IMG/VR virus record: IMGVR_UViG_3300010885_031309
Direction: 5' to 3' (one strand)
Source of the DNA: a virus
Taxonomy: Duplodnaviria; Caudoviricetes
Length of the DNA: 64,000 nucleotides
Shown: one piece after another, positions 29,730 to 39,864 of the stretch
Position numbering within the stretch: position 1 is the stretch's first letter
Layout: each line of letters starts with the position of its first letter
Program-made: the position numbers and the translations under genes
The notes under the pieces: model-generated
What the model was told of the DNA's origin: nothing
Database searches by the model: none
Seen by the model: only the letters and a program-made list of their open reading frames with translations

Positions 29730-31328
29730 TTATGACATTACCATTATAAATGGCATAGGCTCAAGCTCTTCACTATGATCTCTTATATGCGAGTCCAAAT
29801 TTACATGATAATTCTGCAAATGTTGAAACATTCTGACTGTTAATAACAGTGCCATTACCAAATCGTCAGTTTCTCCAATTTTTGCAGCATAGCTACCACC
29901 ACTTGCAACAAATGTCTTTAACTCACTAATGAGTGACTGACTCTTTATCTTTAACTTCTTGCTCTCGATAAGATTCTTTAACTTTGAACATGCACTGAGT
30001 TTTGTTTTTTGTGTGGTGTTAAATCCACGACGATATCTACGAGAGGATCCAACTGATTTTGGTTCACTTAGCATGATGCCCGGAATGTTTTCTTCACCGT
30101 ATTCAGCCAACGATATTAGAGCAGCCTCTCCAATGGTATTGTTCTCCAGACTATAATACAAATCATTGGGCTGTTTAGTATGTTCAACTATTTCTTTGTT
30201 AATAGCAGCTAACAATTTGATTTGCTCGGGTATAGTAGTGCGATTGTGTGTCCATTCAGCTACTTGTTCAGTGGTGTCTGCCTCAAACACCTGTATAGCC
30301 GCCGGGTCCCCACCAGTACCAAGACTAGGATCAAGTGACACTACATACACATGATCTCTACTGGGTTTTTTGAACCAACGAATTTGTCCAGTTTTGTAGA
30401 GAGGATCAGACGCTTCTAAGCTTGACAGAGTAATGCTGTCTATCAATGTTTCCTCGTCAATTATAAATTCACATTGATGTTCGCGACGAAATCTCTCTTC
30501 TCCAATCTTACTGCGTTCTTCATCCGCCCAAGTTTGATCGCGATCTGGATGTTCATTCCATAATGCCATGAAGGGACTGAATCCATTTTTTCCAACTGCG
30601 GTTTGATTACCATATGAGTCAACCTTCTTGTTTGCATCTTTCCATATCTGTGCAAACTGATCTTCATCGCTGTTTGGAGTAGAAGTGATAATACATTTAC
30701 CGCCAGTAGCTAGTGTTGGAGATATAGATGTCCAGAATTCTTTCGCTATAGTAGGTCTCAAAAATGCAAATTCGTCCAAATATAGTATCGAAAGTGCCAT
30801 TCCTCTGCCGGTCTTTTCTGTAGTTGCACGAGCTACTATACGACTTTTGTTTTCTAGATCCAAATTTCCTTTATTATAAGATTCTACCCCAGGTTTTAAC
30901 CATACGGGACACATTTCATATGCATACCGGATACGATCCATTATTTCTTGTGCACCGCTATATTGATGTGCCGCTATAAGTATGGTTTTATCAAAATTAA
31001 ACATTGCATACCATAACAAGTAACCAGCAGCACTTGTGGTTTTACCCAATTGTCTGCCGGTTAAATTGATGGAAAATCTATTTGAATGCATATTCTTTAT
31101 CAAATTGATCTGATAAGGAAAAGGTTTGTACAACATTTGCCCTTTTATAGGATGCTGAATATAAAAATAATTCATCATAAAATATTCATATCCTGTTACA
31201 GGATCAGCACATTTAATGACTTCCCTAATTTGATCTTCTGTTAGTGGAATATATTTACCGGGCGACCTAACTAATACATTATCACTCATAATATTCTCCA
31301 TCCATAATACGGTTTTCTTTTTTGCCAT
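29730..31328 (-). CDS. gp17: Terminase large subunit
   Basis: GRQLGKT, LYLDEFAF, TSTPN, SLDPSLGTGGD and DDLVMA motifs. Confidence 0.93.
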   Translation of the reverse strand: MAKKKTVLWMENIMSDNVLVRSPGKYIPLTEDQIREVIKCADPVTGYEYFMMNYFYIQHPIKGQMLYKPFPYQINLIKNMHSNRFSINLTGRQLGKTTSAAGYLLWYAMFNFDKTILIAAHQYSGAQEIMDRIRYAYEMCPVWLKPGVESYNKGNLDLENKSRIVARATTEKTGRGMALSILYLDEFAFLRPTIAKEFWTSISPTLATGGKCIITSTPNSDEDQFAQIWKDANKKVDSYGNQTAVGKNGFSPFMALWNEHPDRDQTWADEERSKIGEERFRREHQCEFIIDEETLIDSITLSSLEASDPLYKTGQIRWFKKPSRDHVYVVSLDPSLGTGGDPAAIQVFEADTTEQVAEWTHNRTTIPEQIKLLAAINKEIVEHTKQPNDLYYSLENNTIGEAALISLAEYGEENIPGIMLSEPKSVGSSRRYRRGFNTTQKTKLSACSKLKNLIESKKLKIKSQSLISELKTFVASGGSYAAKIGETDDLVMALLLTVRMFQHLQNYHVNLDSHIRDHSEELEPMPFIMVMS

Positions 31329-31394
31329 TTATTAGATCGGAGACACCAGATTGTTTCAATGAATACTTTTTAGTAAAGTTATTATCTTGCGAAC

Positions 31395-31592
31395 TCATAT
31401 CGGACGCTCACCTGTAAGATATGGCTTGCTAAACCATAACTTAAACCACTCGTCAGTTCCAGGTCTGATATTTTTCTCACGCATAATGCGAGATTTTTCA
31501 GCAGCAGTAATACTAATATTGCTACCTTCAGTTGATACTGTAGTTGACGGTTTAATTCCGGCTATTACTCGCCAGCGATCCAATTCGTCCAT
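31395..31592 (-). CDS. Small hypothetical protein
   Basis: 65 aa; ATAAGTA 7 nt upstream. Confidence 0.7.
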   Translation of the reverse strand: MDELDRWRVIAGIKPSTTVSTEGSNISITAAEKSRIMREKNIRPGTDEWFKLWFSKPYLTGERPI

Positions 31593-31598
31593 ATACTA

Positions 31599-31979
31599 TT
31601 ACTTATAACCCTTGAATGGCTGAACGGGACTTTTTTTGACTACATCCGGAGATTCTTCGCTCTTAGTAGTACTTATTCTCTTTTTACCAGACATGCCCAT
31701 TGTTTTTAAGGCGTCATCAATATATGTTTCTACATCCAGACCGTAGCTAACTACTATCTCATTTTCTCCCCAAGCACTTTCACGTTTGTAGAGTGGAACA
31801 TTGTCTTTTTCACGCTGCTTTGCACCCTTGGCACCAGCCATTGCAACTCCAAATCTATATTGAAGATAGGGATCTTGATTTTTTAACCCTGGAATAGTAT
31901 ATGTAGCAGGCAATGCTAGTGCAACATCTTGTTGTATGCTTCCTGTTCGGCCTTCATTGATAAATTCGCGGGCTCTCAT
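31599..31979 (-). CDS. Hypothetical protein (MRAREFINE leader)
   Basis: Start refined from the ORF track. Confidence 0.7.
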   Translation of the reverse strand: MRAREFINEGRTGSIQQDVALALPATYTIPGLKNQDPYLQYRFGVAMAGAKGAKQREKDNVPLYKRESAWGENEIVVSYGLDVETYIDDALKTMGMSGKKRISTTKSEESPDVVKKSPVQPFKGYK

Positions 31980-32000
31980 AATTTTATTATTCAAAAATCT

Positions 32001-34010
32001 TTATACAATGTTAATTACATTTCCCATTCCACTATGGAAAGAGCATTGATAATATAAAGTACTAGGAGCATTCATTGGTACTGTAAAAGTTTGCGTTCCT
32101 GTTTGTGATCCAGAAACTCCAGATGTGTAGGCAGCACCACCGTTACTAACTCTAATTACAAGAGGATGACTACCTCCGGTTGTATTAATAAATTTATAAG
32201 TAAATCCTCTATATAGATATAGTATAGGATTTTCAGTATTGTCTGTTTCTATGCCTGGTCCAGAAAACACATATGAACTGAAGCCGCTTGCAGAAATTGA
32301 CCAAGATAAATATCCCGGGTAAGCAGTAGTTTGAGTAGTTCCGTCAGCAAATTCTACGCCAGTAATGCCGTATACATAACTTGTAGCACTGCTGTCAAAT
32401 GTAATATCGCCGCCTGCGGGCAATGTTATATTGCCATCCGTGCCAAATTTGTATTGTTTAGTATCTGCTTCAATTACTAAATTAGTAGCTGTTGTAGATA
32501 TAGTTGTATTGCTGTTTTCAGCACCATACTCAACTGTAAACACAGTGCCAGAATTTGGTCTAGCTATATTCAAACCAAACCAACTGTTAAAGTTCCAATA
32601 TGTTGCATCTTCGCTGACTAAACTACTAGCACCTTGACCGCCCGGTGCTTGTGTGCCTGCTGCCACAGAACCCGCATCACTGCCAGTCCATTTCAATACG
32701 AAATTAGGATCCGCAAATGGAATTACCAACTGTGGGTTATCCGCTTTTAAAATTCTAAATGTAAATGGATTAGCAGTAGAGTCTGCCACGGTTCCTGTAA
32801 CTGTTTCTGTTGTAGTAGTAACTGGATTGTTTAATATAATATTTCCTGGAGCAGTTAAGTCACCATCTGTGCCAAAACGCCATACCTGTTGATCGCCGCC
32901 ATTGTTATCATTGGCACCAATCTCAACACCATATGCCGGAGCTCCGCCGTATGCGGTTGGGCGTTGAAGAACATAGTTGTAGTCGTCACCAAAGTACAAG
33001 TCTGTGCCATTATCACCAGCAGATCGCATGATATGTAAGTGAGTTGGGCCACCAGGTTCTGGTAGAGCGCCAAACTCTAATCCGCCACGAGCAGTGTTCA
33101 TAGTAACAACACCATCAGTGCCTACGCTAACTGAATATGTCGGTCCTTCTGAACTTGTGTTTGTTATTTCGTTTGTTGGTACTCCTTGACTATAACCTTG
33201 ACTTTGTACCCAGCTTTCTGTAGCATAACCTGTTAGAACTGGAATAGCTGGTTTGTTAGACAAATCATTGTAACTACCACTTGTTGCCACTGTGGCAAAA
33301 CTTGGCTTGTCAGTTACTGCGGTCCAACCAACAGTTGTTAAGAATCCACTGTCGTTGGATAATTGACTGGTCTGTGTTGGTATAGTTGGCTTGTTTATTA
33401 AATCATTATAATCGCCACTTACGCCTGCGGTTGACACTGTGGGAATAGTTGGCTTATTTGTTAAGTCAGTATAATTGCCACTGAATAATGCTGGCTTATC
33501 AGTTAAATCTGCATAAGCACCTGAAAATAATGCTGGTCTATCTATTAAGTCGTTATAACTACCACTTGTACCCGCTGTTGATACAGTTGGTATACTTGGC
33601 TTGTCAGTTAAATCATTATAAGAAGTAACTCCGGGCGGGGATTCCCAACTTAAAGTTGTGCCGCTATAGTATAAGTATCCAGGTAAATTTACTGATACTT
33701 CCGGAACATCTAAATCAAAGATACTAGTTGGTATACTTGGCTTGTCAGTTAAATCATTATAAGAAGTAACACCGCCGCCGAGTTCGCCAGTAGAACTTAT
33801 TACACCCTGACCATTGATAACAATAGTTGTTCCATCTACTTTTACTCCACCTAATATTGTAGTACTAGCAGTAGGTAATCTATATTGATTAGAGTCGCTT
33901 AGTGTGTATAATTCACTGAAATTGTTGTTGATCTTTTGAAAAGCAGTGCGTAACGGGTCACCCTGTCTGTCATTAGCCTGTGTTCCAATGTTTATCGTCT
34001 GCTGTGCCAT
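32001..34010 (-). CDS. Fibre-like virion protein with S(Y/G)NDLxDKP repeats and a C-terminal cupredoxin-like domain
   Basis: MAQQTINIGTQANDRQGDPLR N-terminus; about 9 YxDLxxKP repeats; HPL...YQCSFHSGM. Confidence 0.75.
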   Translation of the reverse strand: MAQQTINIGTQANDRQGDPLRTAFQKINNNFSELYTLSDSNQYRLPTASTTILGGVKVDGTTIVINGQGVISSTGELGGGVTSYNDLTDKPSIPTSIFDLDVPEVSVNLPGYLYYSGTTLSWESPPGVTSYNDLTDKPSIPTVSTAGTSGSYNDLIDRPALFSGAYADLTDKPALFSGNYTDLTNKPTIPTVSTAGVSGDYNDLINKPTIPTQTSQLSNDSGFLTTVGWTAVTDKPSFATVATSGSYNDLSNKPAIPVLTGYATESWVQSQGYSQGVPTNEITNTSSEGPTYSVSVGTDGVVTMNTARGGLEFGALPEPGGPTHLHIMRSAGDNGTDLYFGDDYNYVLQRPTAYGGAPAYGVEIGANDNNGGDQQVWRFGTDGDLTAPGNIILNNPVTTTTETVTGTVADSTANPFTFRILKADNPQLVIPFADPNFVLKWTGSDAGSVAAGTQAPGGQGASSLVSEDATYWNFNSWFGLNIARPNSGTVFTVEYGAENSNTTISTTATNLVIEADTKQYKFGTDGNITLPAGGDITFDSSATSYVYGITGVEFADGTTQTTAYPGYLSWSISASGFSSYVFSGPGIETDNTENPILYLYRGFTYKFINTTGGSHPLVIRVSNGGAAYTSGVSGSQTGTQTFTVPMNAPSTLYYQCSFHSGMGNVINIV

Positions 34011-34044
34011 AAATTATCCAATACATACTATTTATCACGCACAT

Positions 34045-34080
34045 AAAAAATAGGCTACTATATTTCTATAGCAACCTATT
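34045..34080 (-). terminator. Rho-independent terminator with GAAA loop
   Basis: ATAGGTTGCTATA-GAAA-TATAGTAGCCTAT-TTTTT; G.U pairs fit the minus strand. Confidence 0.75.
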
Positions 34081-34175
34081 AGTCTTCCCATCCCGATTGT
34101 GAAGATATTGTATTTAGTCCAAATTGCTTGATTTAGACGCTTACGCCCTATATATTATAGAAGGGCGATACATCA

Positions 34176-35645
34176 ATGCGAAACAAAATACTAGAATTAA
34201 TACAAGCTAATCCAAAACACTACAGTGTTTTAATTAAAAAAAATGTTGAAATGCACGACTGGGTTAACAAAAATAGCCGTGTAATTTCGGAGCATTTTCC
34301 TACCATGATTTACAGTGCTGTATATGATGTTAGCCCAATATGTGAACACGGACAAATCAAAAAACTATCTCGCTGGTCTTCTGGACTTTCTAATTGCGGG
34401 CCAGCCAAGAATTGTCAGTGTACCAAATCAAGTATTGCAACTAATGTAAGTATTTCCAAAAAAGAATATACAGCAGAAAAACGAGAAGAAATAGAAAAAA
34501 GAAGAACAGCAACTATGCTTGAACTATATGGTGTTCAATATAACAGTCAGCGAACAGAAGTTAAAACAGTATTAAGCAAATCAAAACTAAAGTTAGAACA
34601 AATTAATTTATTGGGTGATAGAGAGTGGGTTGAAAAACAATATGTAGAATTAAAAAGAAGTTCAGTTGACATAGCAAAAGAACTTGGATGCCATGACAGT
34701 TCTGTAAGACGATATGTATCTTTACATAATTTTGATGTAAGAAACTATAGTCAAAGAAGTCAATGGGAATTAAAGATATGTAAATGGTTAGATGAACAGA
34801 ACATATATTATATCCACTGTGATCGTTCAGTGCTTGATGGACAAGAAATAGACATTTATATACCAGATCATAAATTGGCAATAGAAGTAAATGGCTTACT
34901 ATATCATAGTTATAATCCATTTTCTTTTCACATAACTAGAATTCAAAGTGACGACAAGAAAAAAGAACAATCTTCGCGACACTTGAACAAAACAGTACTA
35001 GCAGAAAAAAAGAATGTTCAACTACTACAATTTACCGATAATCAATTAAGTGAGCAATCTGATATAGTGTTCAATATTATTGCCAGTAAATTAAGGCTGC
35101 ATAAAAAAATTGGCGCAAGAAAATGCGAATTGCGAGTAGTTAGCTCAGACGAACAAAAACAATTTTTCAATAGAACGCATGTTCAAGGATATATACCCGG
35201 TAGCATTGCCTACGGTTTATACTACGAAAATAATCTAATACAGTGCGTAAGTGTTGGGAAAAATAGATATAGAAAAAATGAATTGGAAATATTAAGATTT
35301 TCATCTGAGTTAAGCTTAACAGTAGTCGGCGGGTTGAGCAAAATAATGAATCGTATATCAAACGATTTTCCCAACGAAATTATCACATCCTATTGTGACA
35401 GAAATATAAGCGTTGGCTCTGGTTATGTATCTGCTGGATTTGAAATCGTAGGATACACTAAACCAGGTTACTTTTGGACTGACGGGCGAACTCCAATTAG
35501 CAGATATAAAACACAAAAAAATAAACTAAAACAGTGGCTCAATGGATTTAATCCATCAGATAGCGAGACAGTAAATATGTTTCGTGCAGGATATCTTAGA
35601 TACTGGAATACTGGGAATATAATTCTAAAATATAAAAAGAAATAA
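34176..35645 (+). mobile_element. Hef-like free-standing endonuclease gene (Zn/HTH + PD-(D/E)XK + GNAT/Mom-like C-terminus), antisense to its neighbours
   Basis: EIDIYIPDHKLAIEVNGLLYHS; EILRF...GGLSK...SYCD...GY...GF; paralogue of 54394-56127. Confidence 0.75.
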
Positions 35646-35668
35646 AAAAGGACACCGAAGTGTCCTTT
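35644..35668. terminator. Terminator between the convergent capsid and endonuclease genes
   Basis: GGACAC-TTCG-GTGTCC-TTTTTT on the minus strand. Confidence 0.85.
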
Positions 35669-35689
35669 GTGTGTGACGGTCCAAAAAAT

Positions 35690-36886
35690 TTATTGGAAAG
35701 TTACATTCTGGATGTTTATTTCCCCAACGTAGTCCGCGGCATTGCCGAAACTACTTGCAGTATTTGTCAATTCGACGTAGCCGTAACGAGTCATGAAGCT
35801 GACTACTGGCTCAAATGTTGCTGGATCTAGAACAACACCACTGCTCATCAATGGGATGTATGGGCAGTAGAACGCGGCGGCATCAGTTTCGCTAGAACCC
35901 TTATAGCCAACTAGAACTGGAGTTCCTGTTGGAGCGTAGGAGTCAACGAATACACGCATAGCGTTGTTTAGTGTACCAACTAGCTTGGTGTTTGTTGGAG
36001 CTTCAAATGTTCCTTCTGTTGTACGAGCGAATGCTGAAGTTGTAGCACTCTGTAGAACAGTTAGAGCCTCGGAAGAAACAACAGTCCAGTTACCTGCGCC
36101 ACGGCGTGTACGCTGAGCGATTAGGTTAGCAACACGATTGATTAGAACAGCTAGAGCAGCGTGTTCGTCACCAACGAATGTGGCTGTACCGGAAACAGTA
36201 GCCTGGTTGTATGTGAACTCAGTAGCGGCAAGACTGCGTAGTGATAGGAGGATTTCCTGATCAATTTCAGCAGTGATTTCTTGTGCTAGAGCGGCCATGA
36301 TTTCAGCCTCAACGTCAATGCCGTGCTGGCTTTGAGCGTCTTGAGCGGCTTCAAATGTCCAACGAGCCTGGAGCTTGCGACTCTTGGCTTCTACGGCCTG
36401 ACGTAGAATTTGAACACTGATTTGCTTACCACCATTGCCTTCGAGACTTGCTGTATCAGCAGCAGTGTAGGCATTTGTAGATGATGCACCACTGGCTGTA
36501 CGAGAGTAAGCCTGAGCAATCTTAAATGGTGATAGTGCTTCTTCACCGGCTGTTACACTAGTAGCAGCACCACTGTTGTCTGTTAGACTGTTAGCATAAC
36601 GGACACGTAGTGTGTGAATTTGACCAACTGGACCGGTCATTGGCTGAACGCCTACCAATTCGTTAGCGATAACGGTTGGCATAACACGACGAATAACTGG
36701 TAGAATAACGCGATTTAGGGTAGCGATATTACCAGCTACAGTTGTACCAGCAGAACTTTCTGCTAGTAGCTGCTTGCGAGTGTTTTCAAGAATAACACCC
36801 ATCATTGAACGACGAGTCCCTTGGAGACCTTCTAGGAGGGCTTCCTTTGTTTCGCCCCAACGGCTCTCTAATAGTACTTTTGACAT
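35690..36886 (-). CDS. gp23: Major capsid protein
   Basis: VGVQPMTGPVGQI, VEAKSRKLQARWTFEAAQD, EIDQEI, FYCPYIPL and MTRYG motifs. Confidence 0.97.
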   Translation of the reverse strand: MSKVLLESRWGETKEALLEGLQGTRRSMMGVILENTRKQLLAESSAGTTVAGNIATLNRVILPVIRRVMPTVIANELVGVQPMTGPVGQIHTLRVRYANSLTDNSGAATSVTAGEEALSPFKIAQAYSRTASGASSTNAYTAADTASLEGNGGKQISVQILRQAVEAKSRKLQARWTFEAAQDAQSQHGIDVEAEIMAALAQEITAEIDQEILLSLRSLAATEFTYNQATVSGTATFVGDEHAALAVLINRVANLIAQRTRRGAGNWTVVSSEALTVLQSATTSAFARTTEGTFEAPTNTKLVGTLNNAMRVFVDSYAPTGTPVLVGYKGSSETDAAAFYCPYIPLMSSGVVLDPATFEPVVSFMTRYGYVELTNTASSFGNAADYVGEINIQNVTFQ

Positions 36887-36914
36887 TTATTTTATCTCCT
36901 TTTTAATGTCTAAA

Positions 36915-38018
36915 TTAAAGCCCTGCCAGACGTTTAATCGCGATAACGTTATCACGTTCCTCGGCGTCAACCTCAATTTTCTTGGCAGTTTTATCACCAG
37001 TCACAACGCTTTCGGCAATAACTTGTTTCTTTTCAGATACAGTTAACTTGCTTGTTCCGTTGTTTAATACGGCTGGTAGATACTTATCGAAAGCGACTTT
37101 TAGCTTTGGTGTTTGTACGCTTTCTAGTAAATTACGCATTACTTCAGCCTTTTCTTCGTTTAATGTACCCAACAATTCTGTTAGAGTCTTTTCACGGAGA
37201 TTGGATTCCTTGATAATACGAACTTCACGTTCTTTGCTCTCAACCAATAACTTGGCTGATTTAACTTGCTTGGCAGATTCGGCCAATTGTTGTTCTTTGT
37301 TTGTCAATTGTGCTTGTAATTTTCGTACTTCAACCTTCTCATTGAGATGAGTAGCACTAAACTCAGCAGCAAATGCTTCAAATAGACGACGACCAAATGC
37401 ACTCTCACGAGCTACCTTGATGTCTTCCTTCAACTGTCCGATTTCACCCTTTAACTGTTTGGTGACACTTGCGTTTAACTTTTTAGCACTTTCAGCTATG
37501 AATTTCTGCTTTAGTGCTTCAAGTTGTGTCTTGGCTTCGGCAACTAATTTTACCTTTGCTTCAACAACAGCGCGTTTGTCCTGATCAAACTCTTTGATTT
37601 CACGAGCTAGAGCATTTACTACGAATTGTTCTAGCTTTCCACGGCCTTCCATTTGTACCTTGCGATCAGCACGCAATTCACGAATTTCTTCCGCGAGTTT
37701 TGTAACCATGAATTCATTGAATTTTTTAGCAGCTTCCTGAAGACGATTTTGTGCGCGAACACGATCTTCATTCATTGCCTTGCGTTCTTCACGGAACTCG
37801 GCAATTTCTGCTTCTAGACCTGATGTTACCATCTTGTCAAGGGCCTCTACCATAACATTCTTATCGTGCTCGTACTTGTTGGCGAATTCTTCACGCAACT
37901 CAGCACGAACATGTTCGCGAGCTTCGTTCAACTTAACTTCCCAAGCTTCATTGATGGCCTGAGCAGTTTCAGTGTTGACGATTCCGCTTTCTAACAATGG
38001 TTTGATGGCATCTAGCAT
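36915..38018 (-). CDS. gp22: Prohead core scaffolding protein
   Basis: Coiled coil between protease and capsid genes; FEAF; ends IKRLAGL. Confidence 0.8.
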   Translation of the reverse strand: MLDAIKPLLESGIVNTETAQAINEAWEVKLNEAREHVRAELREEFANKYEHDKNVMVEALDKMVTSGLEAEIAEFREERKAMNEDRVRAQNRLQEAAKKFNEFMVTKLAEEIRELRADRKVQMEGRGKLEQFVVNALAREIKEFDQDKRAVVEAKVKLVAEAKTQLEALKQKFIAESAKKLNASVTKQLKGEIGQLKEDIKVARESAFGRRLFEAFAAEFSATHLNEKVEVRKLQAQLTNKEQQLAESAKQVKSAKLLVESKEREVRIIKESNLREKTLTELLGTLNEEKAEVMRNLLESVQTPKLKVAFDKYLPAVLNNGTSKLTVSEKKQVIAESVVTGDKTAKKIEVDAEERDNVIAIKRLAGL

Positions 38019-38019
38019 T

Positions 38020-38202
38020 TTATGCTTTCCCTTCTTGTACTTGCACGTTTAACTCCGTGGCTACGAGTTTTCTTTTAGTAATAATCCTGCCTGAAACGAA
38101 TCCATCTGGTTCAGTTCCTGGTATAAATTTTTTACTAATTGATCCGTTATACCATTTCATGGTGGGTAAATGTGTCCACTTGTAAACATAAGCCGTTGTC
38201 AT
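38020..38202 (-). pseudogene. Internally deleted GIY-YIG (seg-like) homing endonuclease remnant
   Basis: AYVYKWTHLPTMKWY is joined directly to NGSISKKFIPGTEPDGFVSGR. Confidence 0.55.
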
Positions 38203-38846
38203 TTCAGTTTTAAATCCTTGATGAGTTTAAGAACTGATTCCTGAAGATATTTTTGAACTGCGATATCTTTAGATAAGTTAGTACCTTTAAGATTATCAAG
38301 TACGCGATGACCATGCTTCATTCCAATTAGCCCTTCGTATATGGCTTTTGGATATGCGTTTGGTGCGCTAGGTTGAGCTACGATGTCCACTGTAACGATC
38401 TCAAAATCACTGACTTTGCCCGTAGTATCATCTACATTACCGCTTCCTCTACTACTAACGCCTAGTTTAACTCCACTTTCCAACATGGTACTGACTAACT
38501 GTCCCATTGGAGTTGGAAGTATCTTCAATTTACCGAAACCATTTGGTCCGTCCATCCCGATATCGACAATGGTGTGACTTACGCGATCGAGGTTGATCTT
38601 TAAATCGTCAGGATGATCAACTTCACCGAGTATTCCCCCGTGTTCTTGAATCATCTGACTCATTGTTTTTACTGCGTTTCTAATTTCATTCACTGGATAC
38701 ACACGCTCATTAGCATTTCGAACGTCTCCTTGGATGAATATCCCACGCATATATAGATTCTTTTTACCGTGACCGTCATCAGTAGATTCAACTATAGTTT
38801 TTGCCATAGTTGGTGCTAAGTATTCCTGCAGTACGCGCTTGTTCAT
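38199..38846 (-). CDS. gp21: Prohead core protease
   Basis: GIFIQGDVRNANERVYP, GEVDHP, LGVSSRGSG and DIVAQPSAPNA motifs. Confidence 0.95.
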   Translation of the reverse strand: MNKRVLQEYLAPTMAKTIVESTDDGHGKKNLYMRGIFIQGDVRNANERVYPVNEIRNAVKTMSQMIQEHGGILGEVDHPDDLKINLDRVSHTIVDIGMDGPNGFGKLKILPTPMGQLVSTMLESGVKLGVSSRGSGNVDDTTGKVSDFEIVTVDIVAQPSAPNAYPKAIYEGLIGMKHGHRVLDNLKGTNLSKDIAVQKYLQESVLKLIKDLKLK

Positions 38847-38885
38847 AGTTTTGACTTTGAGTAAGAAGCCATTTTATCTAAATTC

Positions 38886-39749
38886 TTACTTAACTATTTT
38901 CTTTACTGGCTTTTTAGACTCAGCAACTGGACTCTTGGCTTTGTGGTCTTCGTGCTTTGCTTTTGGAGCAGCATCGCCCTTACCAGCACCAAGTTTACCA
39001 GCGCCGTCTACTGTGTTCTTAAATTGACCAGCGTGCTTTACTTGACCCATGCCCTTTGTGTAAGGATTGCTTGGTGTCTTTGGACCAGTTGGAACAGATT
39101 CTGCTCCACTTGATAGTGCTGGCTTAGCTACGCCGCCAGTTGGACCTTTTTTGCCACTGTCAGCAGCAACTGGGCTCTTGGCTTTGTGATCCTCATGCTT
39201 AGCTTTTGGTGCTGGAATTAAGCTTTCCATTACTTCTTCACCTTCTGGCTCTTCAGATGGCTCTTCATTCTTACCACCGTGCATCATGGCTTCAAATTCG
39301 GCCATCAATTCGTCTAGCTTGTCTTCTAGATTCATAATGTCGTCTTTTGTAGCAGCTTCGCCTTCTTCGGCGTCCATGTCGGCGTCCATTTCATCGCCTT
39401 CTTCGTCGCCCATATCAGCGTCCATTTCGTCGCTTTCTTCGTCGCTCATGTCGGCGTCCATATCAGCGTCCATGTCATCCATGTCAGCGTCCATGTCAGC
39501 GTCCATGTCGGCATCCATATCAGCGTCCATGTCAGCGTCCATGTCATCGTCGGCTTCCATCATATCGCCACCACCGATGCTCTCGTCTGTGAGTTCATCG
39601 TGAAGTGTTCCAATATCATCTTCTTCCATTAAACTTTCATAAATTGCACGACTTTGTTCAACTACAATCTCGTGAAATAATTGTTCTGCTCGTTCTTGAT
39701 CTTCGTTAAGAATTAGATCAATTAACTTTTCATATTTTGCTGTAGACAT
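38886..39749 (-). CDS. Acidic prohead-core-like protein (positional analogue of gp67/68)
   Basis: Lies between portal and protease; MDAD repeats; AAGGAG SD. Confidence 0.6.
   Translation of the reverse strand: MSTAKYEKLIDLILNEDQERAEQLFHEIVVEQSRAIYESLMEEDDIGTLHDELTDESIGGGDMMEADDDMDADMDADMDADMDADMDADMDDMDADMDADMSDEESDEMDADMGDEEGDEMDADMDAEEGEAATKDDIMNLEDKLDELMAEFEAMMHGGKNEEPSEEPEGEEVMESLIPAPKAKHEDHKAKSPVAADSGKKGPTGGVAKPALSSGAESVPTGPKTPSNPYTKGMGQVKHAGQFKNTVDGAGKLGAGKGDAAPKAKHEDHKAKSPVAESKKPVKKIVK
39370..39560 (-). repeat. 12-bp coding microsatellite (ATGGACGCTGAC-like, MDAD units)
   Basis: About 10 degenerate copies. Confidence 0.85.
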
Positions 39750-39798
39750 TTTTTCTCCTTTAGGTAAATGGCTTTGCTTAGAGTATTTAACACATACG

Positions 39799-39830
39799 AA
39801 AAAAAACAGCGTAAAATGTGCTGTTTTTTT
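39799..39830. terminator. Bidirectional terminator
   Basis: AAAAAAAACAGC-N9-GCTGTTTTTTT. Confidence 0.75.
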
Positions 39831-39864
39831 GCATTTTCAAACTTAATAACTGCTAATCTAAAGT

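Noticed and set aside
39286-39603. 105-aa Ser/Ala/Met-rich plus-strand ORF
   Set aside because: It is the antisense reading of the MDAD microsatellite.
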